Positions 28,210-39,154 of a DNA stretch of 64,000 bases are shown in pieces (the stretch's first letter is position 1; each line of letters begins with the position of its first letter). Under the pieces are notes generated by a model. It searched no databases. It was given only the letters and a program-made list of their open reading frames with translations, and was not told where the DNA came from. The DNA is from Spirochaetota bacterium. Its GTDB lineage: Bacteria; Spirochaetota; UBA4802; JAGODF01. The position numbers were made by a program, and so were the translations under genes. The stretch lies in the NCBI GenBank assembly GCA_036846345.1, contig DAIUCD010000001.1:194723-258722 (forward strand). Direction: 5' to 3'.

Positions 28210-28353
28210 CCTTGCCTCTTCTTTAATACGAGTAACATTATATAATAACTAATGCCTTATCAATTTGTCACAACCTCAATTATTATGATAATGAATATAA
28301 TCATTACTAATATAATGTCATTATCTAAAGCCCTCTCTTTTTTAAAAAAATTG

Positions 28354-28381
28354 TTGAAAAATAATCATTATTGAATATAGT
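28354..28381 (+). promoter_or_regulatory. Candidate sigma70 promoter for the Cys/Lys-rich small protein gene
   Basis: TTGAAA - 16 nt - TATAGT in a very AT-rich 220-bp leader, followed by the AAACC-N8-GGTTT inverted repeat at 28392..28409. Confidence 0.35.
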
Positions 28382-28432
28382 CTCTAATTCAAACCTTTTT
28401 AAGGGTTTTAATTATTTTATTGGAGGATTTCC

Positions 28433-28687
28433 ATGAAGAAGTTAATGCTCGCTATGGTAGCCCTTATAGCTGCCGCAACATTTGTAACCGCCGGCTTTGC
28501 AGCCAATGCAAAAAAAGAGTGCATGAAAAATTGCAACAAAGCAAAGAAAGAGTGCATGGCTGAAGCCAAGAAAGCTCCCAAAGAAGAAAGAAAGGATGCT
28601 AAGAAAAAATGTAACGAAGCTTACAAAGAGTGCAAAACTGCTTGCAAGAATGCTCCCAAAGTTGATGTTCCCACTCCTGGAAAATAA
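28433..28687 (+). CDS. Small secreted Cys/Lys-rich repeat protein (84 aa)
   Basis: Signal peptide ...TAGFA|AN. The mature part contains KKEC / KKKC / YKEC repeats (7 Cys, about 20 Lys in 61 aa). Good ribosome-binding site GGAGGA. Flanked by a strong terminator. Confidence 0.5.
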   Translation: MKKLMLAMVALIAAATFVTAGFAANAKKECMKNCNKAKKECMAEAKKAPKEERKDAKKKCNEAYKECKTACKNAPKVDVPTPGK

Positions 28688-28710
28688 GACTCTCCAAAAG
28701 AGTATATTTC

Positions 28711-28746
28711 AAAGACCTCTCCATTTTGGAGAGGTCTTTTTTTATC
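28711..28746 (+). terminator. Rho-independent terminator
   Basis: AAAGACCTCTCC-ATTTT-GGAGAGGTCTTT followed by TTTTTT. Confidence 0.8.
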
Positions 28747-28760
28747 AATTATTATATTTA

Positions 28761-28800
28761 TATAATAAAAAAGAGGAGAGTGATAAACACTCCCCTCTTA
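28761..28800 (-). terminator. Rho-independent terminator for the convergent outer-membrane protein gene
   Basis: On the minus strand, an AAGAGGGGAG.../...CTCTCCTCTT hairpin followed by TTTTTTATTATA. Confidence 0.6.
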
Positions 28801-28825
28801 AATTTACTAAACTCTTAAAAAAAAC

Positions 28826-29473
28826 TTATTTAAGCTTATAACCCATTCCAATAGTAAAATCAATAATACCTGCTTTTGCACTGTCATGCTTGGAGAGTAG
28901 ATACCTATACCCAAGGCTAGTCATCGCATAAAAATCTTTGTAAATGGGGACATCAAGATTGGCGCCCAGATTAAGACCATACTGATCTTCCCGGCAATTT
29001 TTACATTCAGTATAAAGCTGGCCACATCCTTCCGCACTCATCCCAGGAACACTTGCTATATAACCTGATACATATTTATAATAATCAAACCCAAACTTGA
29101 ATTGAAGATTTCTGTGCTGTTTCAAAAAATAGAGGAAATCCAGACGGTAATTTGTATATTCCTCCTCGCCAAATCCGCTGTAGGTTGTTCCACTAGGGGC
29201 TTCATAAGATTTTATTGGCATCACAATGGTATTCAATGCCATCTCAACACCAAAGTCCTTTGCCACAGGAGCTTTGAACAGTAAACCATAATTCAAGCTG
29301 CTATCCTTAGCCTTAATAAAATACAGAAAAGGCACCTGCATCCCGATCATCATATAATTCGGTTCTGTCTTCTTGTCCTTATCCGAATCGGCCGGAGCCG
29401 GTTTGTCCTGAGCGACAACATTCATTGTAATCGCCATAATCAGGGATAAAATAAATACGGATATCTTTCTCAT
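28826..29473 (-). CDS. Small outer-membrane beta-barrel protein (OmpW/OmpA-like, about 8 strands)
   Basis: Signal peptide MRKISVFILSLIMAITMNVVAQD, alternating amphipathic strands, aromatic-rich. Confidence 0.45.
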   Translation of the reverse strand: MRKISVFILSLIMAITMNVVAQDKPAPADSDKDKKTEPNYMMIGMQVPFLYFIKAKDSSLNYGLLFKAPVAKDFGVEMALNTIVMPIKSYEAPSGTTYSGFGEEEYTNYRLDFLYFLKQHRNLQFKFGFDYYKYVSGYIASVPGMSAEGCGQLYTECKNCREDQYGLNLGANLDVPIYKDFYAMTSLGYRYLLSKHDSAKAGIIDFTIGMGYKLK

Positions 29474-29770
29474 ATACGATCTCCTTTCACTTTAACATCT
29501 TTTTTATTATTCAAAATTCGTTGTTTTAGTATAGAAATGTCAATATTATGATTTTTAGCGTAGAGTCTATATAAGTCAAGAAAAAATTATCTTTCTTGCT
29601 TTCATATAGATAAAATGCTTTGTAAACCCAATAATTAATTCATGAATGGAATCTGAATAAAAGGCGATAGATCAGATCATTAAGCCTTGACATCACAATA
29701 ACCCTGAACACATTCACGTAGATATGTATATATTAATTAATCTTTTTTTACCCTATGGTTGAATGCTATT

Positions 29771-31660
29771 ATGATACGAAGTTATGATATAATTGTTGTT
29801 GGTGCTGGACATGCAGGGGTTGAAGCCTCTCTCGCTGCCTCTCGTATGGGCTTTAGCACAATGCTCTTGACCGGCAACCTGGATACGATAGCCCAGATGA
29901 GCTGTAATCCGGCTATCGGAGGTCTTGCGAAAGGACATCTCGTCCGAGAGATCGACGCTCTGGGCGGGGAGATGGCCAGGAACATCGACATGACCGGAAT
30001 ACATTTCAAAATGCTCAATCGCAGCAAAGGACCGGCTGTCTGGGCCCCAAGAGCTCAGGCAGACAAAAAGGGCTATCAGTTTCGCATGAAAATGATTCTG
30101 GAACAACAAAAAGGGCTAACCATCATTCAGGATATCGCGGAAGAGATTTTAGCAGACAATGGCAAAGTCCTGGGCATACGAACCATTAGAGGTCAGGAGC
30201 ACCGGAGTCAGGCGATCATCCTGTGCACCGGCACGTTCCTCAAGGGATTAATACATATCGGTGAATACAATGAGAAATGCGGCCGGCTTTCCGATTTCTC
30301 TGCAGAGAAACTCTCTGACTCCCTTCGAGAACTCGGATTTCCCGTTAAACGTTTAAAAACCGGCACGCCCCCGAGAGTGAATGGAGACACAATTGATTTC
30401 ACAAAATGTGAGATACAGGAACCCGATGATCACCCATCACCTTTTTCCTATGCTATTAAGGAAATTCACGCAAAACAAATCCCCTGCTGGATTACTTATA
30501 CGACTCTCCAGACCCATGAGTTCATCCAAAAAAATATTTCCCGTTCGCCGCTTTACTCAGGGAAGATTCAAGGCATTGGTCCCCGCTATTGTCCTTCTAT
30601 CGAGGACAAGGTTATTCGTTTTAATGACAAACCCCGTCACCAGCTATTTTTAGAACCAGAAGGTTTGTACACTCGAGAATATTACATTAATGGATTTTCC
30701 AGCTCCCTTCCCGAAGATGTCCAACTCGAGATGATCAGGACCATACCGGGCCTGGAAAAGGCGCAAGTCATGAGACCTGCCTACGCGGTTGAGTACGACT
30801 ATGTACCCCCGACTGAACTCAAGCTAACCCTTGAAACCAAAAGGATATCCGGTCTATATCATGCCGGTCAAATAAACGGGACATCCGGGTATGAAGAAGC
30901 AGCAGGGCAGGGGATTATGGCGGCGATAAATGCCTGCAGTAAATTGCGGAAGATGGCACCCTTAATACTAAAACGCTCGGAGGCCTATCTTGGTGTTCTG
31001 ATTGATGACCTAGTCACTAAAGGAGCTGATGAGCCATATAGGATGTTCACATCAAGAGCAGAACACAGACTCCTCCTCAGACAGGATAATGCAGACCAAC
31101 GGTTGATGAAATACGGACACGAATACGGTTTAATCAGTAAAGAAATGTTTGATACGATGTCCGCGAAATACAATAAAGTAAATCAGTTAATGAAGACTAT
31201 ATCAAAAACCTACATCACTATTGATGAAAGCTTAAAAATCCTGATGTCCGCAAATAACCCTCACAGGGAAATCGAGCAGAAGCAAATCGCAGGAAAACTA
31301 TTGAAGAGACCAGAAATCAGGATGACCCATATCATACCGCACCTCAACGAGACAATTGACGAACAGCTTATCCCTATCATTGAAATGGAAATTAAGTATG
31401 AAGGGTATATCAAAAAGGATCTTGAAAAAATATTAAAAATGGAACGCACAGAAGGGATGTTAATTCCCGAGTCGATTAATTATGCATTAATCCCAGGGCT
31501 AAAAAACGAGGCAAGAGCTAAACTTGCCAAAATACAACCAAATACGATAGGGCAGGCCCGGCGCATATCAGGCGTTGACCCATCAGACATCTCAATCCTT
31601 CTCGTTTATATCGAATCCCAGATGACTCAACAAAAAGGGAAGGTTCCACGTGGAACATAA
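29771..31660 (+). CDS. mnmG: tRNA uridine-5-carboxymethylaminomethyl synthesis enzyme MnmG (GidA)
   Basis: [26 protein letters not shown] motif and conserved GidA core. ATG at 29771. Confidence 0.92.
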   Translation: MIRSYDIIVVGAGHAGVEASLAASRMGFSTMLLTGNLDTIAQMSCNPAIGGLAKGHLVREIDALGGEMARNIDMTGIHFKMLNRSKGPAVWAPRAQADKKGYQFRMKMILEQQKGLTIIQDIAEEILADNGKVLGIRTIRGQEHRSQAIILCTGTFLKGLIHIGEYNEKCGRLSDFSAEKLSDSLRELGFPVKRLKTGTPPRVNGDTIDFTKCEIQEPDDHPSPFSYAIKEIHAKQIPCWITYTTLQTHEFIQKNISRSPLYSGKIQGIGPRYCPSIEDKVIRFNDKPRHQLFLEPEGLYTREYYINGFSSSLPEDVQLEMIRTIPGLEKAQVMRPAYAVEYDYVPPTELKLTLETKRISGLYHAGQINGTSGYEEAAGQGIMAAINACSKLRKMAPLILKRSEAYLGVLIDDLVTKGADEPYRMFTSRAEHRLLLRQDNADQRLMKYGHEYGLISKEMFDTMSAKYNKVNQLMKTISKTYITIDESLKILMSANNPHREIEQKQIAGKLLKRPEIRMTHIIPHLNETIDEQLIPIIEMEIKYEGYIKKDLEKILKMERTEGMLIPESINYALIPGLKNEARAKLAKIQPNTIGQARRISGVDPSDISILLVYIESQMTQQKGKVPRGT

Positions 31661-32360
31661 AAATCATAGGAATAAATTACTTAATATATTCCCATCGCTT
31701 TCCCTTGATCAAATTGAGAAGTTACTAGGCTTTGCCATTCTCGTTTTTGAGTATAATCATCGCTTTAACCTCACTGGGTGTAAAACTCTTGAAGCCGTTA
31801 TTGATGTTTTGATCATCGATTCATTGTCACCTTTCGACACCTTTAATGTTCCACATGGAACATCTTTTGTTGATATCGGCACGGGATCTGGGATACCGGG
31901 TATTCCTGTAGGCATCGTCTATTCGCATTTTTCAGGATTGCTGATAGATTCAAATCATAAGAAATGCGATTTCATCGCCCGCTGCATCAATGATCTCTCG
32001 CTTAATAATCTCAGCGTCTCATGTGGTCGTGTTGAGGATTTTGGTCACGATGCTTCTATCCGGGAATCTTTTGATCATGGTTTTTGCCGCGCTTTTGCTA
32101 ATATTTATTCATCCGTGGAGCTTTTATTTCCTTTCATTAAACCTAATGGTTCCGTCTTTATCTATTCCAATGAAACCCACGCTTCTCTTTCCAGCTCTAT
32201 TCTTTCCCATATTTCTTCTCTTGGGGGCTCTCTAGTTCCTATTTCTGAATACCCTCTTTATGGTTTTCGACCTGCTGGCATATTATTTAAAAAACTATCT
32301 TCCACGCCCGATAAGTATCCCAGAAGGTTTTCCGTGATAAGTAGAGCCTCAAATCATTAA
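31650..32360 (+). CDS. rsmG: 16S rRNA (guanine527-N7)-methyltransferase RsmG (GidB)
   Basis: SAM motif [13 protein letters not shown]. Overlaps the mnmG 3' end, the classical mnmG-rsmG pair. Confidence 0.82.
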   Translation: MEHKNHRNKLLNIFPSLSLDQIEKLLGFAILVFEYNHRFNLTGCKTLEAVIDVLIIDSLSPFDTFNVPHGTSFVDIGTGSGIPGIPVGIVYSHFSGLLIDSNHKKCDFIARCINDLSLNNLSVSCGRVEDFGHDASIRESFDHGFCRAFANIYSSVELLFPFIKPNGSVFIYSNETHASLSSSILSHISSLGGSLVPISEYPLYGFRPAGILFKKLSSTPDKYPRRFSVISRASNH

Positions 32361-32376
32361 TTGTTATCGAGGTGCC

Positions 32377-32946
32377 ATGAAAATATTATTCAGGGGTGGC
32401 AGCATATCATCTGGAAAGGGTGTAGAGAAATCTTATGTTGATAAACTATCGGAAGATTTCCCAAAGGAACACCCTGATGTCAGTATCATAAATGTTTCTA
32501 AGGATGGGGATTCTTCCTTCGATGGAGTATGGTCTTTCAGGGAATTGGTATCGCCCCATTCCCCCGATATTCTTTTACTGCATTTCGGTGTTGATGATGC
32601 CTTTCGACCGGTTTATAGATCGGAATTTAAGGAAAACTTGGTCCAGATGGTTCGTCTTGCGAGACATCTCTTTAGGCCGGAAATATATCTTTTAACATCA
32701 CACCCTTTTCCTGATACCTATGAAATGGATGCGCTGAATATATACTATAGGACGCTCAGGGAGGTTGCTTATGATTTGAGATGCACTCTCATTCCTATCC
32801 ATCTCCTATGGTTTAGTTATGACGCGATGTATAACTCAGAAAGAAGACCTCTTTTCCTGGATGATTGTCGTTTTCCCAACAACTCCGGACAGGAATTATA
32901 TTTCTATATTATGCGGGATAAACTTACCGAATTTTTGTTTTCCTGA
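32377..32946 (+). CDS. SGNH/GDSL-family hydrolase
   Basis: GGSISSG block I. LLHFGVDDAF (the Gly and Asn-block equivalents). Confidence 0.55.
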   Translation: MKILFRGGSISSGKGVEKSYVDKLSEDFPKEHPDVSIINVSKDGDSSFDGVWSFRELVSPHSPDILLLHFGVDDAFRPVYRSEFKENLVQMVRLARHLFRPEIYLLTSHPFPDTYEMDALNIYYRTLREVAYDLRCTLIPIHLLWFSYDAMYNSERRPLFLDDCRFPNNSGQELYFYIMRDKLTEFLFS

Positions 32947-33030
32947 AACCTTTCATGTGTCGATATTAATTGCTTGCATATTGTCTAAGTATTCTCAAAG
33001 TGATTTTAATAATGTTAATGGGGGGTTTGT

Positions 33031-33285
33031 GTGAGCGTACTGATTAAAGATATTCCTAAGAATAATAATGAGATTATTCGTATTGAGGTGTCAGAATTTA
33101 AGGGTAAGGAATTAATAAATTTAAGAATATGGTATCAGTCCATAGATGGAGGCGGTAATGTCGTTTGGAAACCCACTCAAAAAGGGATAGCATTAAATAT
33201 TTCTCAATTTGATGACCTCAAAGATGGTATCGAGAAACTTGGCAATTACATCAGGGATAAGGCAGAGGGTATCACTCCGGAATAA
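33031..33285 (+). CDS. PC4/YdbC-like small ssDNA-binding protein (84 aa)
   Basis: IRIEVSEFKGKELINLRIWYQ...DGG..VWKPTQKGIAL matches the PC4 (p15) / bacterial YdbC fold signature. GTG start. Confidence 0.45.
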   Translation: MSVLIKDIPKNNNEIIRIEVSEFKGKELINLRIWYQSIDGGGNVVWKPTQKGIALNISQFDDLKDGIEKLGNYIRDKAEGITPE

Positions 33286-33299
33286 TGATGTCTATAGAA

Positions 33300-34457
33300 T
33301 CAAAAATTAATACTCATGAATGCAATATCATCATTACGACTCTCAATTGAGGTAAATTGGTTTATCTCTTCCAGCAGGGCATCACAAAAATTATCTTCGC
33401 TCTTGTCGCTATTCTCTATCATAAACTTGGCTAGCCTGTTTTCACCATATTCTTCTTTCTGGCTGTTTTTTATCTCAGTAATCCCATCAGTATAAAGAAG
33501 TAAACGGTCTCCTTTTTCAACCTTAATGCTCTTTTCTTCATAATAAGTATCATCCTTTATCCCGATGAACAGACCATTCGTATCAAGACCCATCACTCTC
33601 CCTTTACTTTTTCTAAAATACATTGGCCTTACATGACCTGCATTTGTAAACTTAATAGTGCCCGCCGTGTCATCATATATAACATAAAAAGCTGTGATAT
33701 ATTGATTGTCCAGCAGCATGCCTCTTAATTCATTGTTTACCTTCGACATTAAAGAACTGGCCGAATCATGCTGCGAGGAATATATATTAAAGATCATTTT
33801 TGACATTGTCATTACTAGAGCAGCGGGAATCCCATGTCCTGTGACATCAGCGATGAGAAACCCCCTGTTGCCATCCTGCAGTTTATAGCAATCGAAAAAG
33901 TCACCACCAATATCTTCAATTGGCAAATATCTTCCACTTACATTGGGATACTGGATATGTGTGAAATCTTTCGGTATGATGAACTGTTGAACTCTCTTCG
34001 CTATTTCAAGTTCCTTCTTAATCGTCATATTTTTTTCAAACAACTCATCATGTGCTCCTTTTAATCTTAACAGTGAATTTACCCGGGCAGTAAGCTCTTT
34101 TTCATTCAGAGGTTTTAATAAAAAATCATCTGCACCGATGTTCAGACCTTTGATCTTTGAGTTTAAATCTTCAGATCCTGTCATTAGAATGACAGGTATA
34201 AATCCGCCGCTTGTATTATTTTTGAATCTTTCAATGAAACCGAAACCATCTAAATTAGGCATAATAATATCAACGAGAACTAAATCAAATCTTTCGTTCT
34301 TCAAAGCATCCAGACCTTCAAGACCATCACAGGCTTCCTTTACATTAATACCCATTTTGATTAATGTGTTTTTCACGATAGCCCTGTTCAGCTTGCTATC
34401 ATCTATAACCAAAACTTTTACATTTTGTGTTTCATTTATAATATTATCAAATGGCAT
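33300..34457 (-). CDS. Response regulator with a PP2C (SpoIIE/RsbU-type) phosphatase output domain
   Basis: Receiver with VLVIDDS...DLVLVDIIMPNLDG. PP2C motifs ADVTGHGIPAAL and YTDG. Confidence 0.85.
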   Translation of the reverse strand: MPFDNIINETQNVKVLVIDDSKLNRAIVKNTLIKMGINVKEACDGLEGLDALKNERFDLVLVDIIMPNLDGFGFIERFKNNTSGGFIPVILMTGSEDLNSKIKGLNIGADDFLLKPLNEKELTARVNSLLRLKGAHDELFEKNMTIKKELEIAKRVQQFIIPKDFTHIQYPNVSGRYLPIEDIGGDFFDCYKLQDGNRGFLIADVTGHGIPAALVMTMSKMIFNIYSSQHDSASSLMSKVNNELRGMLLDNQYITAFYVIYDDTAGTIKFTNAGHVRPMYFRKSKGRVMGLDTNGLFIGIKDDTYYEEKSIKVEKGDRLLLYTDGITEIKNSQKEEYGENRLAKFMIENSDKSEDNFCDALLEEINQFTSIESRNDDIAFMSINF

Positions 34458-34543
34458 CTTTTGATCCCCTCATTTATTTATATGTCTAATACTTGGATTT
34501 CCCTATTAATGATTTATCTATTGTTTTTCTTATCAACCATTAA

Positions 34544-36079
34544 TTATTCATCTAAAAATTTAAACTCGGTTCTTCTGTTTTTTTCATCATATCCAGGCCC
34601 GCTTTTATTAATCAACGGTTTACTCTCTCCAGCACCCATCACCTTCAATCTGTTATTTTCGATACCCTTGGATACGAGGTACTCTTTAACTGCTTTTGCT
34701 CTCTTTAGACTTAAATTCATATTATATTTTGCCGATCCCTTCAAATCAGTATGACCTATAATTAAAAACTTAACCTTTGTATTCTTCAGCATGTATTCTG
34801 TTATAGTATCCAGATATTTATAGGATTCTTTTCGTAGCTTAGCAGAATCATAATCAAAGTAGATCGCATGAACGTTAAAACTGGATTCTTTCTCTATTGG
34901 GGTTAGTTCAATAATTTGTTTTTTCCCCTTCAACTTATCCACATCCACACCGCCAATATACGGTAAATATCCCTTTTCATTGACACTTATTTCGATTTCA
35001 TCAATCTGTTTATTGTATTTGAGAATACTCTCTCCCTCTTTGTCAGTTTTCTTAATTATTCTATATTCACTACTTGATCCTTTCGAATCTACTACTTTTG
35101 CAGATATTTTCATTTCCGTCTGAACAGGCTTTCTTGTCTTTTTATCAATAACAACTATTTTCAGCTCTTCATCCTTTTTGGTATCAGGTTCAACGGCGAT
35201 CCAATATATGTCATGTCTTCCCAAACCTCCAGGTCTATTGGAACAAAAATATACTCCCATCATCGTTTTCACATAATACATTTCATTATAGGGAGAGTTG
35301 ATATTGGGGCCCATATTTACAGGTGTGCCATATTTACCGCCCTCATAAGAGACATAATAAATATCCCATCCCCCATATCCTCCTTTCCGTGCAGATGAGA
35401 AATAGAACCCCTCTTTGTCAATTGCTGGATTAAATGCAATTTCCTGATTTCCCGTGTTTATGGGATAAGGTAAAGGTTCCGGATTTAAAAATGAGTTTCC
35501 CTTTAAAACGGCTTTCATTATTTGTGATTTCTTCAAATCACCAAAAGGCCATGACGTATAATAGAGAGTAACTCCATCAGCACCGATACTTGGCGATCTT
35601 TCATGGTGAATGGTATTAACTTCGCCGGGAATTTTCAATGGAGCAGACCATTTCCCGTCACTGATCTTGGAATAGTATAGATCGAAGGAAATTCGGATTT
35701 TTCCATGAGCATCGCGAGGCATCTCAATGCTTCCATCTCTGTCTGATGCAAATACAATCATGCTACCATCACTGGCAATAAAGGGTGTTTCATCATTGTA
35801 TGAAGAATTTATCTCATTAATTGGCACAGGTGTTGTCCATTTACCATTTTTATTGTAGGCAATAAAGATATCCTGGTAGGAACTATAACGCTTTGAGTTA
35901 AACACCATAATCTTTCCATCGGCCGTAAGCGACGGGGCAAAATCATCGAATTTTGAATTTATTCCAGATCCGAGATTTATTACAAAACTTTTTGAATCGG
36001 CAATTGGATCCCATAGTATAGTTAATATACTCATTATTATGATTTTTATAATCCCGAATACCCTTCGATACATAAGCAT
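34544..36079 (-). CDS. OmpA-family protein with a TolB-like beta-propeller (PD40 repeats) and a C-terminal OmpA peptidoglycan-binding domain
   Basis: Repeated ...SPS.S.DG..L.F.S.R.GG.G..DI... units. C-terminal FDYDSA...GHTD..GS..YN..LS..RA OmpA motif. Confidence 0.8.
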   Translation of the reverse strand: MLMYRRVFGIIKIIIMSILTILWDPIADSKSFVINLGSGINSKFDDFAPSLTADGKIMVFNSKRYSSYQDIFIAYNKNGKWTTPVPINEINSSYNDETPFIASDGSMIVFASDRDGSIEMPRDAHGKIRISFDLYYSKISDGKWSAPLKIPGEVNTIHHERSPSIGADGVTLYYTSWPFGDLKKSQIMKAVLKGNSFLNPEPLPYPINTGNQEIAFNPAIDKEGFYFSSARKGGYGGWDIYYVSYEGGKYGTPVNMGPNINSPYNEMYYVKTMMGVYFCSNRPGGLGRHDIYWIAVEPDTKKDEELKIVVIDKKTRKPVQTEMKISAKVVDSKGSSSEYRIIKKTDKEGESILKYNKQIDEIEISVNEKGYLPYIGGVDVDKLKGKKQIIELTPIEKESSFNVHAIYFDYDSAKLRKESYKYLDTITEYMLKNTKVKFLIIGHTDLKGSAKYNMNLSLKRAKAVKEYLVSKGIENNRLKVMGAGESKPLINKSGPGYDEKNRRTEFKFLDE

Positions 36080-36300
36080 CTCCTATGATATCACCTATGT
36101 TTTATCTGTCATGATAATAATTTTAGACTCAGCAATGCATATTAATCAAACAAATTTAGAGTTAATAATTGTTTTTCATTTTTATTAACAGACTATTAAT
36201 CACATTATTCAGTCAACTTTCCATTATCCTTATCAATCCTTGATATTTCATTCGTATATATTATTAACAAAAGTATATCTGAGGGGGTACTCCGCCATTC

Positions 36301-36966
36301 ATGATAATAAACCGAAACATTTTACCAGTGCAGAAATGCTTATCCGGGGATGACATAAAAAACCTTGCTGATTACGAAATAATCGCCATCATAGTGGGAA
36401 GCGGTACCAAGCAATTTTCAGTGATGGAGCTGTCAATGCATCTAATATCTACTTATGGCGGTCTTCCAGGTATTCTCAAGGCAGGGTTAAGAGAACTTTC
36501 AAAAATCCCCGGCATTGGTTTAAAAAAGGCCATCCGGATACATGCAGCCCTTGAAATTGGTCGCCGGATAATTCAAAGCCATAATCCATCAGATCATCTG
36601 GATTCTCCGAAAAAGGTCTGGAAGTATTTATTACCCATCATTGTTGGTCTTAATCATGAAGAGTTCTATTTATTGGTTCTCAATAATAAGAGCTGTCTGA
36701 TAAAAAAAGTGCTTGTATCCCTGGGAACAGTTTCGGAGGCAATTATCCATCCCCGCGAGGTATTTCGAGAGGCCATTCGTGAATGTGGCTCGTCAATCAT
36801 AATTGCCCATAACCACCCATCGGGCAATCTCCATCCCTCCAAGGATGACATCCTCACAACACGTCGCATACGTGATGCAGGCCGAATCATCGGCATTCAA
36901 CTTCTGGATCACATCATTATTACGGAATATGGCTTTATGAGTATGAAGGAAGAAGGATTTCTTTAG
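36301..36966 (+). CDS. radC: RadC-like JAB-domain protein (UPF0758)
   Basis: N-terminal helix-hairpin-helix (IPGIGLKKA), then the JAMM motif HNHPSG...PS..D. Confidence 0.85.
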   Translation: MIINRNILPVQKCLSGDDIKNLADYEIIAIIVGSGTKQFSVMELSMHLISTYGGLPGILKAGLRELSKIPGIGLKKAIRIHAALEIGRRIIQSHNPSDHLDSPKKVWKYLLPIIVGLNHEEFYLLVLNNKSCLIKKVLVSLGTVSEAIIHPREVFREAIRECGSSIIIAHNHPSGNLHPSKDDILTTRRIRDAGRIIGIQLLDHIIITEYGFMSMKEEGFL

Positions 36967-37187
36967 AACATTGAGTCCCAATAATGATTTTTAAAACCAT
37001 CCTGTACATAAACCCTTTATTAACCAAAATATCAGTATATATTCAAATTCAGGCATCTACCCATTTCTCTCTTACTCAATTCATTTTTTACCAATTTTTG
37101 GTTGCACTAAATTTTTATCCTGAATAATAGATTCGTATTTATTGTTAACCTTGCTGGAATTTATCATTTTCTGAGGAACTTATCATT

Positions 37188-38780
37188 ATGAAAAACATTG
37201 AAGATTTTTTTCAATCTTTGTCCACCCGAAAGGAATTTCTCAATTCATCCCTCGCTCTTGCTGCTCTTTCTGTTCTCTCCGATCTTCCGGGCTGCAGCAC
37301 TCTTTCAAATATTGATCATCTGAATATTGATTATTCCAAAGATATATTACTGACAAATGGTAAATTCATTGATGTAAAATCCGGAAAGGTAAGCAAGAAC
37401 TCATCCCTGTTAATTTCCAAAGGTAAAATTAAGGACCTGTCCAATAAATCTGATCACTATAATTCTCGCATTGATACTTTCGATCTGAATAATAAATATG
37501 TCATTCCAGGACTAATCAACGCTCATTGCCATACAACTCTTACGGGAACTCTCCTTTTTAATCCTTTTGACTTTATGTCTCATGTCAGGCAGATAGGACG
37601 TAATTATGTTCAATTAATTGAATCAGGTATTACAACTGTTCGTGATATGGGAGCTTTACCAAAAATCCTCCATAGGTACATTTCAAAGATTGAGAACGGT
37701 TCCATGGTGGGACCCCGAATTGTCCATTGCAACGCGATCTTGAATATTAAAGGCGGCCATCCGGACATCAACCCCACGGATATCTCAATTTTCGCAGCTC
37801 CGACTACTGTTTTCACTGGTGATATCGCAACCCAGTTTTCAAGTACAAAGGATTTAAGAAATAAGTTGGAATCCAATACCGAAAACGGCGCATCTTTCAT
37901 CAAACTAACCGTGGATAATCAATCTCTCATATGTGGTAATGGACCAATTCCTGTTTATACCGATGAGCACTTAAAAATCATATTTAACTTCGCCGAGAAG
38001 CGTAATCTTCCTGTTGCAGCACACAATCACTTCAAATATGGTTTTGATAGGATCATGAAATACCCTGTGAACTCTCTGGAACATTTGGTTTTTGATACAG
38101 TTCTATCAGACGGGGATATTAAAAAGTTGCAACAGAAGAAAGCTTCCATTGTACCAACCTGCGTTGTGGCATCCTGTCTGGCCTTTGATGAAGTCTACGA
38201 TACCCTTCCGCCTCAATTCAATACAGATTTCATCAAAACAGAGATGAGAATCAAAAAGGAATATTTGAAAACACTGGCTTCCCGTTACTGTGAAAAAGCG
38301 ATACACGGGTATAATATGGAAAGCATTAAGCATTATAAACATATGAACTGTGCAAGTCTTGTAAAGGATAAGAAGTTCATCCCTGATCCAATACTATACT
38401 TTGGTATGCTTAAGGACGGTATGGAAAATATAAGAAAAATGCGTGAGGCGGGGATTTTAATCGGATGCGGAACAGATGCTGGAATACCTTTCGATTATTT
38501 TGGGTCACTCTGGTACGAGATGGAAATGATGCATCGTGTTGGCTTTTCTAAAGAGGAGGTACTTCGTTGCGCTACGATTAATAATGCTAAAATTATTGGG
38601 ATGGGAGATAAGATAGGCTCCCTTGAAAAAGGTAAATTTGCTGATATATCAATATTCAATGAGAATCCTTTAACCAACATTAAGGCTTATCGGGAGCCCT
38701 TTCTAGTATTTAAAGACGGGAAACTTCTTTATTCTAATAAACCTCTTTTGCGCCAGGGTAATAGACTAAATTTTACATAA
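37188..38780 (+). CDS. Secreted amidohydrolase-superfamily metal-dependent hydrolase
   Basis: Signal / lipobox-like LPGCS. VIPGLINAHCHT metal-binding motif. Later His and Asp residues in typical amidohydrolase spacing. Confidence 0.75.
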   Translation: MKNIEDFFQSLSTRKEFLNSSLALAALSVLSDLPGCSTLSNIDHLNIDYSKDILLTNGKFIDVKSGKVSKNSSLLISKGKIKDLSNKSDHYNSRIDTFDLNNKYVIPGLINAHCHTTLTGTLLFNPFDFMSHVRQIGRNYVQLIESGITTVRDMGALPKILHRYISKIENGSMVGPRIVHCNAILNIKGGHPDINPTDISIFAAPTTVFTGDIATQFSSTKDLRNKLESNTENGASFIKLTVDNQSLICGNGPIPVYTDEHLKIIFNFAEKRNLPVAAHNHFKYGFDRIMKYPVNSLEHLVFDTVLSDGDIKKLQQKKASIVPTCVVASCLAFDEVYDTLPPQFNTDFIKTEMRIKKEYLKTLASRYCEKAIHGYNMESIKHYKHMNCASLVKDKKFIPDPILYFGMLKDGMENIRKMREAGILIGCGTDAGIPFDYFGSLWYEMEMMHRVGFSKEEVLRCATINNAKIIGMGDKIGSLEKGKFADISIFNENPLTNIKAYREPFLVFKDGKLLYSNKPLLRQGNRLNFT

Positions 38781-38789
38781 TTATCAATA

Positions 38790-39125
38790 TCATTCTGTAT
38801 ATTCTATACTTTCAAGAACACTTTCACACATGCTTTTCAAGCTCTCAATTCTCATATGCAGCTTTTCCACAATTTCCGGCGGTTGATTGAGATAAAGTGT
38901 TTTAACCTTATTGCTTAGATTATCTATGTTCACGATGAACCATTGTATTTCCTGCCTGGAATATTCTTCATCGTCAAATAGCCTATCCAATGATTCATTG
39001 AATTTTATAATTGTTCCTTCGATTTGATAATAATGGGAACATTGCCTTACAACGTCTTTGAAGTAAATTAATACAGTTTTGAAAAGGTCTGATTTGTATT
39101 TTTTTTCCATGATTTCAATTGCCAA
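38790..39125 (-). CDS. Hypothetical protein (111 aa), distal gene of the ydiJ-like/nrnA operon
   Basis: ORF with coding-like composition; no recognisable motif. Confidence 0.3.
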   Translation of the reverse strand: MAIEIMEKKYKSDLFKTVLIYFKDVVRQCSHYYQIEGTIIKFNESLDRLFDDEEYSRQEIQWFIVNIDNLSNKVKTLYLNQPPEIVEKLHMRIESLKSMCESVLESIEYTE

Positions 39126-39154
39126 AAGAACATTAGAAATTGAAGAAGTTTTAT

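Noticed and set aside
28596-28841. 81-aa ORF spanning the Cys/Lys-rich gene terminators
   Set aside because: It runs through two intrinsic terminator hairpins and an AT-rich spacer. It is an artefact of low GC.
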